DNA of 64,000 bases, from contig JBDLIE010000012.1 of assembly GCA_039715015.1 (NCBI GenBank), positions 1 through 64,000 on the forward strand, written 5' to 3'. The stretch is from Thermodesulfobacteriota bacterium (GTDB lineage Bacteria > Desulfobacterota > Desulfobulbia > Desulfobulbales > SURF-16). Shown piece by piece: positions 35,752 to 46,800 of the stretch. Numbering within the stretch: position 1 is the first letter of the stretch; every line of letters begins with the position of its first letter. The notes beneath the pieces were generated by a model. That model had not been told where the DNA came from. It made no database searches and saw nothing but the letters and a program-made list of their open reading frames with translations. The translations under genes were made by a program, and so were the position numbers.

Positions 35752-38052
35752 TTACTGCTCGCCGTCCTCACCTTCTAAATCCTGGCGATAGCCGCATTTT
35801 TTGTCTGAACAGCGCAGGTGGAGGCCATCTTTCTTGGTGCTTTTCTCTAGCAGGTAGGGCAGTCCACAATCGGGGCACATCTCCGCCACCGGTTTATCCC
35901 ACAGGGCAAAGGTGCATTTTGGATACTGGTCACAGCTGTAGAACACCTTGCCGCGCTTGGACACCTTTTTGATGATCTCGCCCTGACAGCCGTCCTCAGG
36001 GCACTTCACGCCTGTGGTTTCTGACTTGATGTTTTTACATTTCGGATACGCTGAGCAGGCCATAAAACGACCAAAGCGCCCGTGCTTATAAACCATGGGG
36101 CTGCCGCATTTATCACAAACCTCACCGGTCTCCTCAAGCTCTTCCTTCTGTTTGGGGATAATCTCGCCATCCTTACCTTTGCTGAAGTCGGTGGTATTTT
36201 TGCAGTCTGGATAATTTTCACAGGCCAAAAATTCTCCCATCCGGCCCCATTTAATCATCATGGTGCCGCCACATTTGTCACATTTGATATCCGTAGGAGT
36301 GGCGCTGCGCTTGACAGACTTCATCTCCTGTTTAGCTGTTTCCAGGGTTTTCTGGAAAGGGGCGTAAAAATCACGAAGGATCTTCAGCCAGGCAACAGTC
36401 CCCTCCTCTACCTTATCAAGCTGCTCCTCCATTGAGGCCGTAAACTCAACATCCATAATAGCTGGAAAATGCTCAACAAGAAGATCATTGACCAACTTAC
36501 CAAGATCAGTGGGCATGAACTTACGGGCCTCCAGCAGGACATACTCCTTGTCCTGGATGGTGGACAAAATTGCGGCATAGGTGGAAGGCCGGCCAACGCC
36601 GTTATCCTCCAGGGCCTTAACCAAGGTGGCCTCTGTGTAACGCGGCGGCGGCTGGGTGAAATGCTGCTTTCGCTCCAACCCTTGTAGTTGGAGGACATCG
36701 CCCTCGGTTACCGAAGGCAAAATCACATCATTGCCGCCATAGGCGACTGTACCGTTCCCCCCCTCATCCACCGCCTCGGCATAGAGGGTGAGAAAGCCAA
36801 GGAAACGCATGATGGAGCCGGTGGTTTTGAACTGATACCCTTTGGCATCAATCAAAATAGTCGTCTGGTCATACACTGCAGGGGTCATCTGGCTGGCCAC
36901 AAAACGCTTCCATACCAAAGTGTAGAGCTTGAGCATATCCTTTTCAAGATAGGGGGCGACCTTGTCTGGGGTAAGGGTCACATCAGTTGGCCTAACCGCC
37001 TCATGGGCATCCTGGGCCGATTTTTTGGTCTTATAGATATTGGCCTTGGCGGGCAAAAACTCAGGACCAAGCTCACTGCCGATGTGATCACGTACCTGGG
37101 CCAAGGCGTCGTCATTGATCCTGGTAGAATCTGTACGCATATAGGTAATAAGACCGGTGGGACCATCTCCGCCCACCTCAATACCCTCATAAAGGCGCTG
37201 GGCCAGGGTCATGGTCTTTTTGGCAGAAAAACGCAACTTCCGGTTGGCATCCATTTGCATGGAACTGGTGATAAAGGGCGGGCTGGGGAAACGTCTCTTC
37301 TCCTTGCGGGTGACCTTGCTGACGGTAAAGTCGGTGCCCTGCAGGTCATCAACAATACCTGTGGCCTGCTTTTCATCCTTGATCCTGCCCGCGGCTTTAT
37401 CGACCTTTTTCTTGCCGATCCTATCGAGCTGGGCAGTAAAGAGAGGAGGGGCATCCTTCTGGAGGCTGGCAGCTACCGACCAATACTCCACCGGATCAAA
37501 GGCGTTGATGGCCTCTTGCCGTTCACACACCATACGGACAGCCACAGACTGAACGCGGCCAGCGCTCAACCCACGCCGGACCTTGTCCCACAACAGCGGT
37601 GAAATCTGGTACCCCACCAGCCGGTCCAAAATACGGCGGGCCTGCTGGGCCTCAAATTTATACTGGTCAATCTCCGAGGCCTCTTCAATGGCCTTGAGAA
37701 TGGCCTTCTTGGTCAACTCATGAAACAAAACACGATGAACCGGCTTTTTGGCGCCCTTTAAGGTGTGGGCAATATGCCAGGCAATGGCCTCTCCTTCCCG
37801 GTCAGGGTCAGGTGCCAGATATATATCATCAGCCTTTTTGGCGGCCGATTTAAGGTCACTAATAACCTTACTCTTGCCGCGGATAGTGACATATTTGGGT
37901 TGAAAATCCTTGTCGACATCCACCCCCAAAGTCTTCACGGGCAGGTCGCGGATATGCCCCACCGAGGCCTTAACATCAAAGGATTTACCCAGATAACGCT
38001 GGAGGGTACGCGCTTTAGCAGGGGACTCGACAATAATTAATGATTTTGACAT
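35752..38052 (-). CDS. topA: DNA topoisomerase I with C-terminal zinc ribbons
   Basis: IVESPAKA, DPDREGEAI, SAGRVQS, LITYMRTDS, GVGRPSTYA. Confidence 0.99.
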   Translation of the reverse strand: MSKSLIIVESPAKARTLQRYLGKSFDVKASVGHIRDLPVKTLGVDVDKDFQPKYVTIRGKSKVISDLKSAAKKADDIYLAPDPDREGEAIAWHIAHTLKGAKKPVHRVLFHELTKKAILKAIEEASEIDQYKFEAQQARRILDRLVGYQISPLLWDKVRRGLSAGRVQSVAVRMVCERQEAINAFDPVEYWSVAASLQKDAPPLFTAQLDRIGKKKVDKAAGRIKDEKQATGIVDDLQGTDFTVSKVTRKEKRRFPSPPFITSSMQMDANRKLRFSAKKTMTLAQRLYEGIEVGGDGPTGLITYMRTDSTRINDDALAQVRDHIGSELGPEFLPAKANIYKTKKSAQDAHEAVRPTDVTLTPDKVAPYLEKDMLKLYTLVWKRFVASQMTPAVYDQTTILIDAKGYQFKTTGSIMRFLGFLTLYAEAVDEGGNGTVAYGGNDVILPSVTEGDVLQLQGLERKQHFTQPPPRYTEATLVKALEDNGVGRPSTYAAILSTIQDKEYVLLEARKFMPTDLGKLVNDLLVEHFPAIMDVEFTASMEEQLDKVEEGTVAWLKILRDFYAPFQKTLETAKQEMKSVKRSATPTDIKCDKCGGTMMIKWGRMGEFLACENYPDCKNTTDFSKGKDGEIIPKQKEELEETGEVCDKCGSPMVYKHGRFGRFMACSAYPKCKNIKSETTGVKCPEDGCQGEIIKKVSKRGKVFYSCDQYPKCTFALWDKPVAEMCPDCGLPYLLEKSTKKDGLHLRCSDKKCGYRQDLEGEDGEQ

Positions 38053-38067
38053 ATAAAACAGCCGATT

Positions 38068-39180
38068 TTAGATGGTTTCAGCAGAAGAAACTTTCTGATA
38101 TTGATTGCCGGAGAGTGATTCAATAAGCCCCTTGAGCTCCAGAAGCAGAAGCAGTTCTGCCACTTTTTCCGGGGCCATTTGGGAATTTTGAATCAATTCG
38201 TCAATGTTTTGCGGATAAACGTCTAGCCATCCATACAGCTTTTTCTCCTCAAGAGTCAAGGCAGTTCCTAATCTTTTTTCATCTTCCCGGGGCAGATTGG
38301 CCTCTTGACCAGCGCCAAAACCGAGTTCCTGAAAAATATCATCCACCGTATGGACCAGGGTGGCACCTTCTTGCAAAAGTCGATGTGCCCCACAGCTTTT
38401 TGCTGAATCAATTCGTCCGGGAATGGCAAAAACTTCGCGGCCTTGCTCAAGGGCCAGTCGCGCCGTAATAAGAGACCCTGACCGTTGTGCCGCCTCAACT
38501 ACCACAACACCCTGCGATATCCCACTAATAATGCGATTCCGGGCCGGGAAACGAAAGGCCTCAGGCTTAGCACCAAAAGGTGCTTCGGAAACCAAGGCCC
38601 CGTTGCCTGCAATCTGTTCGTAGAGTTCCTGGTGGTGCCGCGGGTAGACAACATCAATGCCACATCCTAAAACGCCGATAGTCTTTCCGCCTTGCAAAGC
38701 ACCCGTATGGGCAGCCGCATCGATCCCCAATGCCACGCCACTCACCACAGTGACCCCTTCCGTGGCGAGACGGCGGGCCATATCGCCGGCGATCCTTGTC
38801 CCGTACACCGTGGCGGCCCGGGAGCCCACCATGGCAACACAGACCGACGAGAGCAATTCAACATCGCCTTTGACGTAGAGTACGGCTGGGGGATTGTAAA
38901 TATGGCGAAGAAATTCAGGGTAACGACAATCTTCCCGGGCCAGGATGGTAATGTTTTCCCGATTCGCTTTTTCCAGTTCATGATCAGCAGCCACCCTCCT
39001 CTCCGGGAGACTAATAGCCTGGGCCAATTTTGCCCCGACGCCAGGAACCTGGCGGAGTTCTTTGGAGGAAGCCTGCAAAACAGCCGCAGGTTCACCGTAG
39101 ACGGCAAGCAACCTTGCCATAAGGACATTCCCTAAACCTGGAACCAGGTAGAGACTGAGCCAATCATGGAGATCAGTCAT
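38068..39180 (-). CDS. dprA: DNA-processing protein DprA
   Basis: VGSRAAT, VSGVALGID, FPARNRIISG, SGSLITA, GREVFAIPG. Confidence 0.97.
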   Translation of the reverse strand: MTDLHDWLSLYLVPGLGNVLMARLLAVYGEPAAVLQASSKELRQVPGVGAKLAQAISLPERRVAADHELEKANRENITILAREDCRYPEFLRHIYNPPAVLYVKGDVELLSSVCVAMVGSRAATVYGTRIAGDMARRLATEGVTVVSGVALGIDAAAHTGALQGGKTIGVLGCGIDVVYPRHHQELYEQIAGNGALVSEAPFGAKPEAFRFPARNRIISGISQGVVVVEAAQRSGSLITARLALEQGREVFAIPGRIDSAKSCGAHRLLQEGATLVHTVDDIFQELGFGAGQEANLPREDEKRLGTALTLEEKKLYGWLDVYPQNIDELIQNSQMAPEKVAELLLLLELKGLIESLSGNQYQKVSSAETI

Positions 39181-39293
39181 ATAAACTCTCTATGTGTGGA
39201 CAAGATAGGATACGGCAAAGAAGGATAAGTGGTACTGCTGGAGGCTTTATAACAGGGAAAAACTAACCCTAATAAGATCTTATAGGTACCAGG

Positions 39294-40895
39294 TTAGTCA
39301 TCAATGACAAAACTCTCCAGCTGCTTTTTTCGGTTGGGGTGTTTTAGTTTTTTCAGGGCCTTAGCCTCAATCTGCCTGATGCGCTCCCTGGTTACTGAGA
39401 AACTCTTGCCAACCTCTTCCAGGGTTAGATCAACCTCGTTATCTATGCCAAAACGCATGCGGAGAACCCGTTCTTCGCGCGGAGTCAAGGTTCCAAGCAC
39501 CTTATGGAGGTTTTGGCGCAAATTATCCTTAATGGTAGCCTCGTGGGGAGAAACCGCATCAGAATCTTCAATAAAATCAGTCAGATAACTATCTTCACCG
39601 CTGCCAATGGGCGTGTCGAGGGAGATGGGTTCCTTGGAGATACGGAGAATATTGCGGACCTTTTCCAAGTCCACATCGAGCTTATCAGCCATTTCCTCCG
39701 GGGTGGGCTCTCTGCCGATTTCGCGAACAAACTCCTTTGAACCCTTAAGAAGCCGGTTAATGGTGTCAATCATATGGACAGGAATACGAATGGTGCGCCC
39801 CTGATCGGCAATGGCCCGGTTAATGGCCTGCCGAATCCACCAGGTAGCATAGGTGCTGAACTTATAACCACGGCGATACTCAAATTTTTCAACGGCCTTC
39901 ATCAGACCGATATTCCCTTCCTGAATAAGATCAAGAAGCTGTAATCCCCTATTGGCATATTTTTTAGCAACACTGACCACAAGGCGCAGATTTGCCCGGG
40001 TAAGCTCCTGCTTGGCAACTCGTCCTACGTCTCGGCCCTTAGCAATGAGAATGACAACCTTACCCAGAGTTTCCCGGTCAATACCGTACATCTCTTCAAG
40101 GTTACGAGCCATAATCTCATACTTTGTATTGTCAGGCTCCTTTTCCAGTTTGCTGAGAACCCAATCAAACTGCTTGGTCATCTTCTTAAAGGAGGAGAGC
40201 AGTTCATCGGCAAATTTGTTATGAAGGCGATCTTCTTTAAAGAGATCAACAATAGAGAGGGTTATACGATCTATACGGACCAGGGTACGGACAATTTTTT
40301 TGGTATCCGCATCAGGAGAGAGAATATCAGCCCTCAAGGCTGCCCGTTCACCCTCAAACCTTTCCATCTCGCTGATCTTCCATAAGAAACTTTCCTGCTC
40401 TTTCTGCAGGATGTCCTCCTCACCATCATCAAGACCACGCAAGATATCACTGATGACCTTGCCTTCTTCAATCATTTGCCGGAACAGTTGAAATTTCTCT
40501 ATGGTCATCGGCAAAGAAAAAAGAGCCCTCTGTACCTGGCGGTCCCCTTTTTCAATCCGTTTGGCAATGGCCGTCTCTTCAGCCGGACTCAGGAGGGAAA
40601 CAGCTCCCATCTCACGCAAATAGGCCTTTACAGGATCAAGCCCTGCACCGAGCTCATCCTCGCCAACAAGGTGACTCTGCTTACGGCTGAGCTTGCCTCC
40701 AGTCTCTTCTACGTCGGAAGAATTGTCGATATCATTCTCCATATCCTTTTTATTTAGCGCTACAGCCAAATCACGTGCTCCTCGCGAGGAAAGACCTTTA
40801 TCAGCGCCTTTGCTCTTTGCTTTTTTACCCTTTTTAGTCTCAATGCCTGCTTTTTTGGGTTCCATGTTTCTGTTTGGCTTTTGAACCTTTATCAT
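39294..40895 (-). CDS. rpoD: RNA polymerase primary sigma factor
   Basis: [49 protein letters not shown]; downstream of dnaG. Confidence 0.95.
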   Translation of the reverse strand: MIKVQKPNRNMEPKKAGIETKKGKKAKSKGADKGLSSRGARDLAVALNKKDMENDIDNSSDVEETGGKLSRKQSHLVGEDELGAGLDPVKAYLREMGAVSLLSPAEETAIAKRIEKGDRQVQRALFSLPMTIEKFQLFRQMIEEGKVISDILRGLDDGEEDILQKEQESFLWKISEMERFEGERAALRADILSPDADTKKIVRTLVRIDRITLSIVDLFKEDRLHNKFADELLSSFKKMTKQFDWVLSKLEKEPDNTKYEIMARNLEEMYGIDRETLGKVVILIAKGRDVGRVAKQELTRANLRLVVSVAKKYANRGLQLLDLIQEGNIGLMKAVEKFEYRRGYKFSTYATWWIRQAINRAIADQGRTIRIPVHMIDTINRLLKGSKEFVREIGREPTPEEMADKLDVDLEKVRNILRISKEPISLDTPIGSGEDSYLTDFIEDSDAVSPHEATIKDNLRQNLHKVLGTLTPREERVLRMRFGIDNEVDLTLEEVGKSFSVTRERIRQIEAKALKKLKHPNRKKQLESFVIDD

Positions 40896-40997
40896 TGTGC
40901 GTTATCGTCAAATAACCAATAACGCATTCCAACCATCCATGATCGTTAAAAAAAGCTTCTTGAGGCCACCATTTTCAGGTTAATAGAAAACAGAATA

Positions 40998-42749
40998 TTA
41001 ATTTATCAATGCTTCGTCCAATTCTTTTTTCTTTTCAATAAGTTCCATGAGAAGAGTCGGATTGTTTTCATGCTGGGCCTGTTGAATCTGGGTAACCAGA
41101 TTTTCTTTCTTTCTTTGATGGCTATAATTCTCCAGCCAAACCAGCATTTCCGCGGCAGTTTGTTCGGCCTGTTCAGGCAGACAGGAGGGCACGGCAACCA
41201 ACATTTCGGAAATAATGCTTTTCAGAGGATCTTCGAGATGAGCCAACAGCATCTCCGGCTGAAAATTATCTGCAGAAAGCTGCTTCATGACCTCAACAAT
41301 TGTTTGAGCTGCATTGCCGGCAAAAAAATCCTCCACCCCCGCCTCAATGAATTGCCTGAAATACTCGGGATAGATGATCAGAAACTCCAAAAAACGTCGA
41401 TGGCCGCTGGTTACCGGGCTGACTGTCCGTGGTGCGGACTTCCCTTTCTTTTCTTTGGCGCTGGCCTGGAAATGGCCTGAAACCTCTTTAGGGTCAAGAC
41501 CAAGTTTCTCGCTAAAATGTGCTATAAAGACTGAGCGCTGGAGCTGGTCGTTACCAATTGCCTTAATCAGGGGCTGGAGTTCACGGATAATCTTCCCCTT
41601 GCCCGCAATGCCCAAACCATACTGCTCAACAAATTTACCGAAGATGAAATCCGGGAGACTATAGGACTTGGCAAGCAAATCTTCCAAGGCTACCTTGCCC
41701 TCATCACGTAAAAAAGTGTCTGGATCATGGCCCTCGGGGAGGACGGCAACCTTTCCCTCAAGCTGCTCGGTGAGGAAAAAAGGAACGCTGCGCATGGCCG
41801 CCTTCATCCCGGCCTGATCACCATCAAAGAGCAAAACCACCTCAGGCACGTATCTCTTTAAGAGCCGGACATGCTGGACGGTTAGAGCGGTACCCAGAGG
41901 AGCCGCTACATTTCCGACCCCAGCGGCCACCATGCTGAGCAGATCAAAATTGCCCTCAACAACTATACAGCGCTTATTTTCCTGAACAGCCTTTTTGGTC
42001 TGATAAAGACCAAAAAGAGTCTTACCCTTATCAAAAACAGGCGTTTCAGGCGTATTCAAATATTTGGGCTGCCCATCACCAAGAATCCGGCCACCAAAAC
42101 CGGCAACCTCACCAGCCATGGAAAAAATAGGGCAGAGAATACGTTTTCGAAAACGATCATAGGCACGACCGGGTTCCTTGGCCACCACAACACCGGCCTC
42201 AACTGCCAATGCTTGATCGATATTTTTACTGGCCAGATGTTTGCCCAGAAAATCCCAACTGTCAGGGGCATAGCCCAGCTGAAAGGCTTCAATAGTTTCC
42301 ATGGGAATACGGCGATCTTCGAGATAACGACGGGCAGGCTCAGCAGCCGGATTATTGACAAGAAAATCATGATAGAGCCTGGCGGCAACCTCATTTACCG
42401 CAAAAAGCTGCTTCCGCTTTTCAGCCCGGGCCTTTTCTGCCGGACTGAGCTCCCTGTCCTCAACGGCAATGCCGTAGCGCTGGGCCAACTCCTTTAAGGC
42501 ATCCAAAAAGGAGAGGGAGTGATATTTCATTATAAAAGAAATAACGTCTCCGCTTTCCTTGCAGCCAAAGCAGTGAAAGAAACCGCGATCCTGATTTACT
42601 GAAAAAGAAGGAGTTTTTTCCGAATGGAAAGGACAGAGGCCAAGGTAGCGCCCGCCTCTTTTTTGAAGGGGCACATGTTCGTTAATTACTTCAACAATAT
42701 CAGCCACATCTTTTACAAGTTGAGCTGCATTGTCCTGAAACATGGTCAT
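40998..42749 (-). CDS. dnaG: DNA primase
   Basis: CPFHSEKTPSF...CFGC, PKYLNTPE, VEGNFD, FDGDQAG, DPD. Confidence 0.98.
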   Translation of the reverse strand: MTMFQDNAAQLVKDVADIVEVINEHVPLQKRGGRYLGLCPFHSEKTPSFSVNQDRGFFHCFGCKESGDVISFIMKYHSLSFLDALKELAQRYGIAVEDRELSPAEKARAEKRKQLFAVNEVAARLYHDFLVNNPAAEPARRYLEDRRIPMETIEAFQLGYAPDSWDFLGKHLASKNIDQALAVEAGVVVAKEPGRAYDRFRKRILCPIFSMAGEVAGFGGRILGDGQPKYLNTPETPVFDKGKTLFGLYQTKKAVQENKRCIVVEGNFDLLSMVAAGVGNVAAPLGTALTVQHVRLLKRYVPEVVLLFDGDQAGMKAAMRSVPFFLTEQLEGKVAVLPEGHDPDTFLRDEGKVALEDLLAKSYSLPDFIFGKFVEQYGLGIAGKGKIIRELQPLIKAIGNDQLQRSVFIAHFSEKLGLDPKEVSGHFQASAKEKKGKSAPRTVSPVTSGHRRFLEFLIIYPEYFRQFIEAGVEDFFAGNAAQTIVEVMKQLSADNFQPEMLLAHLEDPLKSIISEMLVAVPSCLPEQAEQTAAEMLVWLENYSHQRKKENLVTQIQQAQHENNPTLLMELIEKKKELDEALIN

Positions 42750-42996
42750 GGCGACGGGAACTCCTTAAGAAAGCAAAGAAACAAACTCGGTAAAGATAGC
42801 ATAAAAAAACGTAGGAGGGAAGAAAGTTTCCTTGCCCTCAGACGGCAACCTTTATGAAAGATCAAGGTTTTAAGGCAAACCTGCCTGGCGCTGAAAATGA
42901 ACTCCCTGAAATCACTAAAATAATTCAAAAAACATTGCCCCCCGGCCTGAGCCGCGATTATAGTCGTAAGAAGAATCTCAGCTACAGGATGGCCTT

Positions 42997-43707
42997 ATGG
43001 ATAGTGACATCACCGATTTTTTGAATCTGGAAATCAAGCGTGAGCTTGCCGAGCGCTATTTCAGCTTTCGGAAACTTATCGAAGATGACACCCAGGCTTT
43101 GCAAAAAAGTATTGCCGCTTTTCTGCTCATTGAGCAAAAAGTTGCCATAGACCTGACCAGAATCTACATCCTCCTTAACGATCCTGATTTGATTTGGGAC
43201 TTTCTCTACCTTTCAGGCCTGGAACGAGATTTCTTTTTGGACATGTACGTCAGAGAATCGCCCACCATCAAGGCCCGGCTCTTTAAAGATGTCAAGGTAT
43301 GGGGCCTCACCTGGAGCGGCCGTTTTACGAAGATATTCCTTGCCTGTTATGACGACCTGGTGGGCCATGTTGCAGAATTTCGGGAAAACTATGCCCAGCT
43401 TGACACCAGCCATGGCATTCTGGCGGAAGAAATCGATCTTTTTTACAGAAAAAATGATATCAGTTCTATCATGGGTTTTTTACGGGGGATGGAGTCTGGT
43501 ACAGAGGTTGGCGGCAAACTTGAAGGGGCCATCACCAGCGGATTTAACGAGTCCATGGAGAAAAAGATGCGGATCAAGCCTCCTCAACCTCTGGAAAAAA
43601 TTCTCACCTTGATGCCGCCTCTGGTCCCTGCAGTGCAGATCAAAAAAGAACTCAAAAAACTGGCTACAGCCGCCCTAACCTTCCATCCTGAAGATTTTAT
43701 TCATTAA
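42997..43707 (+). CDS. Hypothetical helical cytoplasmic protein
   Basis: 236-aa ORF with normal composition filling the gap and leading a co-directional gene run. Confidence 0.75.
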   Translation: MDSDITDFLNLEIKRELAERYFSFRKLIEDDTQALQKSIAAFLLIEQKVAIDLTRIYILLNDPDLIWDFLYLSGLERDFFLDMYVRESPTIKARLFKDVKVWGLTWSGRFTKIFLACYDDLVGHVAEFRENYAQLDTSHGILAEEIDLFYRKNDISSIMGFLRGMESGTEVGGKLEGAITSGFNESMEKKMRIKPPQPLEKILTLMPPLVPAVQIKKELKKLATAALTFHPEDFIH

Positions 43708-43725
43708 TAACCCTGCCGGGCCGCT

Positions 43726-44664
43726 ATGGAAGCAACCTACTCTTCAATAACCATCTCCTTTATCGCTGTTTTTGGCGGCCTCAGCCTGCTGGTTGCCGGA
43801 GGCGAGCTGCTGGTCTCTGGTGCTATAAAACTAGCGGCTCGACTGGGCATGAAGCCGCTTCTTATCGGTCTCACCGTGGTGGCCTTTGGCACCTCCATGC
43901 CGGAATTTTTTGTCAGTATGTCGGCATGCGGCAAGGGTCACCCGAACATTATGCTGGGCAATGTTGTTGGTTCTAATGTTGCTAATATTGGTCTCATCCT
44001 AGCCATCTCAGCCTTGCTGCGTCCCCTTTATGTTCACTATACCAGACTGAGGCTGGAGCTGTGGGCTGTGCTCGGGGTGGGCTGTATCTTTGCCGCCATC
44101 ACCTGGTTTGGTTATTTCGGTCGCCTCACCGGACTGCTCTTTATCGGCCTGCTCATCTGGTATACCTGGTTCGTCTATAGCAACCCTGCCAGCAAAGCGG
44201 AAGCTCTAGAAGAAGAGACTGCCTCTTATTTCTTGATCATTTTCCTCTGTAGCGCCGGCCTTGTTGCCCTTGCTAAGGGTTCAGATTTTTTTATTCAGGG
44301 TGCTGTTGATGTCGCCCTCTATTTCGGAGTGTCCGATCTCATCATAGGGTTGACCATGGCTGCGGTGGGCACCTCGCTGCCGGAACTTGCCTCCTGTATC
44401 TCGGCCATCCGCCGCCATCACACCGATCTCTTGGTGGGCAACATCATCGGCTCCAACCTCTTTAATCTCCTCATGGTTCTTGGCGGCACCTCTCTCTTTT
44501 ATCCCTTTTCGATTCATGCCGACCTGCTCAAACGAGATGTTCCTGTTATGATTGGTTTTTCCCTGGCGCTTCTTATTTCCATCATCACAAGACACCAGGT
44601 TTCCCGTATTTTCGGCTTTTTACTTCTCCTTGCATACGGATTGTATATGTATATTCTGACCTAG
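43726..44664 (+). CDS. Calcium/sodium antiporter (CaCA, YrbG family)
   Basis: Two alpha repeats GTSMPE / GTSLPE and GNVVGSN / GNIIGSN. Confidence 0.95.
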   Translation: MEATYSSITISFIAVFGGLSLLVAGGELLVSGAIKLAARLGMKPLLIGLTVVAFGTSMPEFFVSMSACGKGHPNIMLGNVVGSNVANIGLILAISALLRPLYVHYTRLRLELWAVLGVGCIFAAITWFGYFGRLTGLLFIGLLIWYTWFVYSNPASKAEALEEETASYFLIIFLCSAGLVALAKGSDFFIQGAVDVALYFGVSDLIIGLTMAAVGTSLPELASCISAIRRHHTDLLVGNIIGSNLFNLLMVLGGTSLFYPFSIHADLLKRDVPVMIGFSLALLISIITRHQVSRIFGFLLLLAYGLYMYILT

Positions 44665-44704
44665 ACGTTTTTCCTTCACTATCATCATCAACCCGCCCAA
44701 AAAC

Positions 44705-46795
44705 ATGGAAAACAGATATAACCCCAAAGAGGCCCAGGATTTTATTGACCGCTACCCCGACTTCCCTCCGGAAATGGGCTTACGTGTCTACACGTCACGT
44801 CTCATCGGCCAGGAGGAGGACCTGGTTCTCCACGGGGGCGGCAACACCTCGGCCAAGGCCAGGATGGCAAATATCCTCGGCGAAGAGCAACAGGTTATTT
44901 TCGTCAAGGGCAGCGGCTGGGATCTGGGCGACATGGAACCAGCCGGCCTCCCGGGCCTGCAACTCGCCCCCCTTTGTAAGCTCAGGGCCCTTGACGCCCT
45001 TACAGACGAGGAGATGGTCAACCAATTTCGCACCAACCTTGTTGACGCCTCTTCCCCCAATCCCTCCATCGAAACCCTGGTCCACGCCTTTCTGCCCCAT
45101 ACCTTTATCGACCATACCCATGCCGATGCCATCGTTACCCTGACCAACCAGGCCAATGCTGAAGAGCTGCTGAAAAGCGCCCTGGGTGACAAGGTGGGCA
45201 TCCTGCCCTTTATCATGCCCGGCTTCCCCCTGGCAAAGGCAGTGATCGACCTCTATGAGTCCCAACCTGACATGGAATGCCTCATCCTGCGCAACCACGG
45301 CATCTTCACCTTTGCCGATGATGCCCAGACATCCTACGAGCGTATGATCGCCTATGTGACCAGGGCGGAAAATTTCATTGCGGAAAAAATCAAAGAAAAC
45401 CCTCTGCCTATTTGCATCAGCGAAGAAAGCCCGGATACAGACATCATTATGCCGTTGCTGCGTGGAGCCCTCAGCCATAAGGAGTCAAGCGGTTTCAAGC
45501 GCTCCTTTCATCTCCATATCCGCAGCAATAGGGAGATCCTCTGCGCCGTAAACCGTCTTGAAAGGAAAGAGCTTTATGGCGGTGGTGTCCTGACGCCAGA
45601 CCATGTGATTAGAACCAAGAACTACCCCCTCTTTCTTGACTTTACAGAGATGGCTACTCCAGAAGAGATGGCAGGCCATATCAATGGGGCTATTTCTACC
45701 TATGTTTCAGCCTATCAGGCCTATTTTAGCAAGCAGGTTGAAGACAAGAAGGTTGAGCGAACCCAGCTCGATCCCATGCCCAGAGTGATCCTCATCAAGG
45801 GGCTTGGCCTTGTCACTGTAGGCAAATCCCTCAAAGAGGCCAAGATATGCGCTGATATCAGCGAACATACCCTAAGGGCAAAAACAGCCAGTGCCAGTAT
45901 TGGCAACTATGAGGAGCTTAATCCGTCCTCCATTTTCGACATGGAGTACTGGAGCCTGGAGCAGGCCAAGCTGGGTAAGAACACACCCCAACCACTGGAA
46001 GGCAAAATCGCCATTGTTACCGGGGGAGGGGGCGCCATTGCCGTGGGTATCAGCCGCAAGCTGCTTGAGGCCGGAGCTCGCGTCTTTCTTTCAGATATTG
46101 ATGGGGAACGGCTGCAGGTTGTCCACCAAAGTTTGGCCGCGCAGTTTGGCGCCATGGTTCGCCCCCTGGCCATGGATGTCTCCAATCCCCAATCAGTGGC
46201 CCAGGGCTATAGCAAGATTGTTCTTGAGGCAGGCGGCCTTGATATCGTGGTTCCAAATGCCGGCATCGCCCATGTTGCCAACCTGGAAGACCTTGACTCC
46301 GCCACCTTCCAAAAGGTATTGGATGTCAATCTCTGCGGGGTCTTTGAGGTTATTAAGGCTGCCATTGCCATTTTCCGGCGGCAGGCCACGGGTGGCAATA
46401 TCATCATCAACAGTTCAAAGAATGTCTTTGCCCCAGGGGCCTCATTTGGGGCCTACTCTGCCTCAAAGGCCGGGGCCCACCAGGTTGGCAAAATCGCCGC
46501 CCTTGAGCTCGCCGAGCTGGGGGTGCGGGTCAATATGATTAATGCCGATGCCATATTTGATGAGGGCCGGGTCTCGTCCGGGCTGTGGGATGTGGTGGGT
46601 CCGGACCGGATGAAATCACGCAACCTTGATCCTCAGGGCCTTAAGGAGTATTATCGCCAGCGTAATTTATTAAAGACAGAGGTTCTCGCCGATCACGTGG
46701 GCAATGGTGTGGTCTTTTTTGCCAGCAACCAGACCCCCACCACCGGCGCAACCCTTCCCATTGACGGCGGCATCATGGCTGCCTTTCCCAGGTAA
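44705..46795 (+). CDS. Bifunctional class II aldolase / short-chain dehydrogenase (YuxG/RhaEW-like)
   Basis: LVLHGGGNTS, VKGSG, PSIET, DHTH, NHGIFTF; then TGGGGAI, NAG, YSASK. Confidence 0.92.
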   Translation: MENRYNPKEAQDFIDRYPDFPPEMGLRVYTSRLIGQEEDLVLHGGGNTSAKARMANILGEEQQVIFVKGSGWDLGDMEPAGLPGLQLAPLCKLRALDALTDEEMVNQFRTNLVDASSPNPSIETLVHAFLPHTFIDHTHADAIVTLTNQANAEELLKSALGDKVGILPFIMPGFPLAKAVIDLYESQPDMECLILRNHGIFTFADDAQTSYERMIAYVTRAENFIAEKIKENPLPICISEESPDTDIIMPLLRGALSHKESSGFKRSFHLHIRSNREILCAVNRLERKELYGGGVLTPDHVIRTKNYPLFLDFTEMATPEEMAGHINGAISTYVSAYQAYFSKQVEDKKVERTQLDPMPRVILIKGLGLVTVGKSLKEAKICADISEHTLRAKTASASIGNYEELNPSSIFDMEYWSLEQAKLGKNTPQPLEGKIAIVTGGGGAIAVGISRKLLEAGARVFLSDIDGERLQVVHQSLAAQFGAMVRPLAMDVSNPQSVAQGYSKIVLEAGGLDIVVPNAGIAHVANLEDLDSATFQKVLDVNLCGVFEVIKAAIAIFRRQATGGNIIINSSKNVFAPGASFGAYSASKAGAHQVGKIAALELAELGVRVNMINADAIFDEGRVSSGLWDVVGPDRMKSRNLDPQGLKEYYRQRNLLKTEVLADHVGNGVVFFASNQTPTTGATLPIDGGIMAAFPR

Positions 46796-46800
46796 AAAAC

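Noticed and set aside
36688..37602. 304-aa antisense ORF, and similar long ORFs such as 14293-15309, 5309-6112 and 60329-61225
   Set aside because: They overlap well-supported genes on the opposite strand and show no recognisable motifs; best explained as codon-bias shadows.
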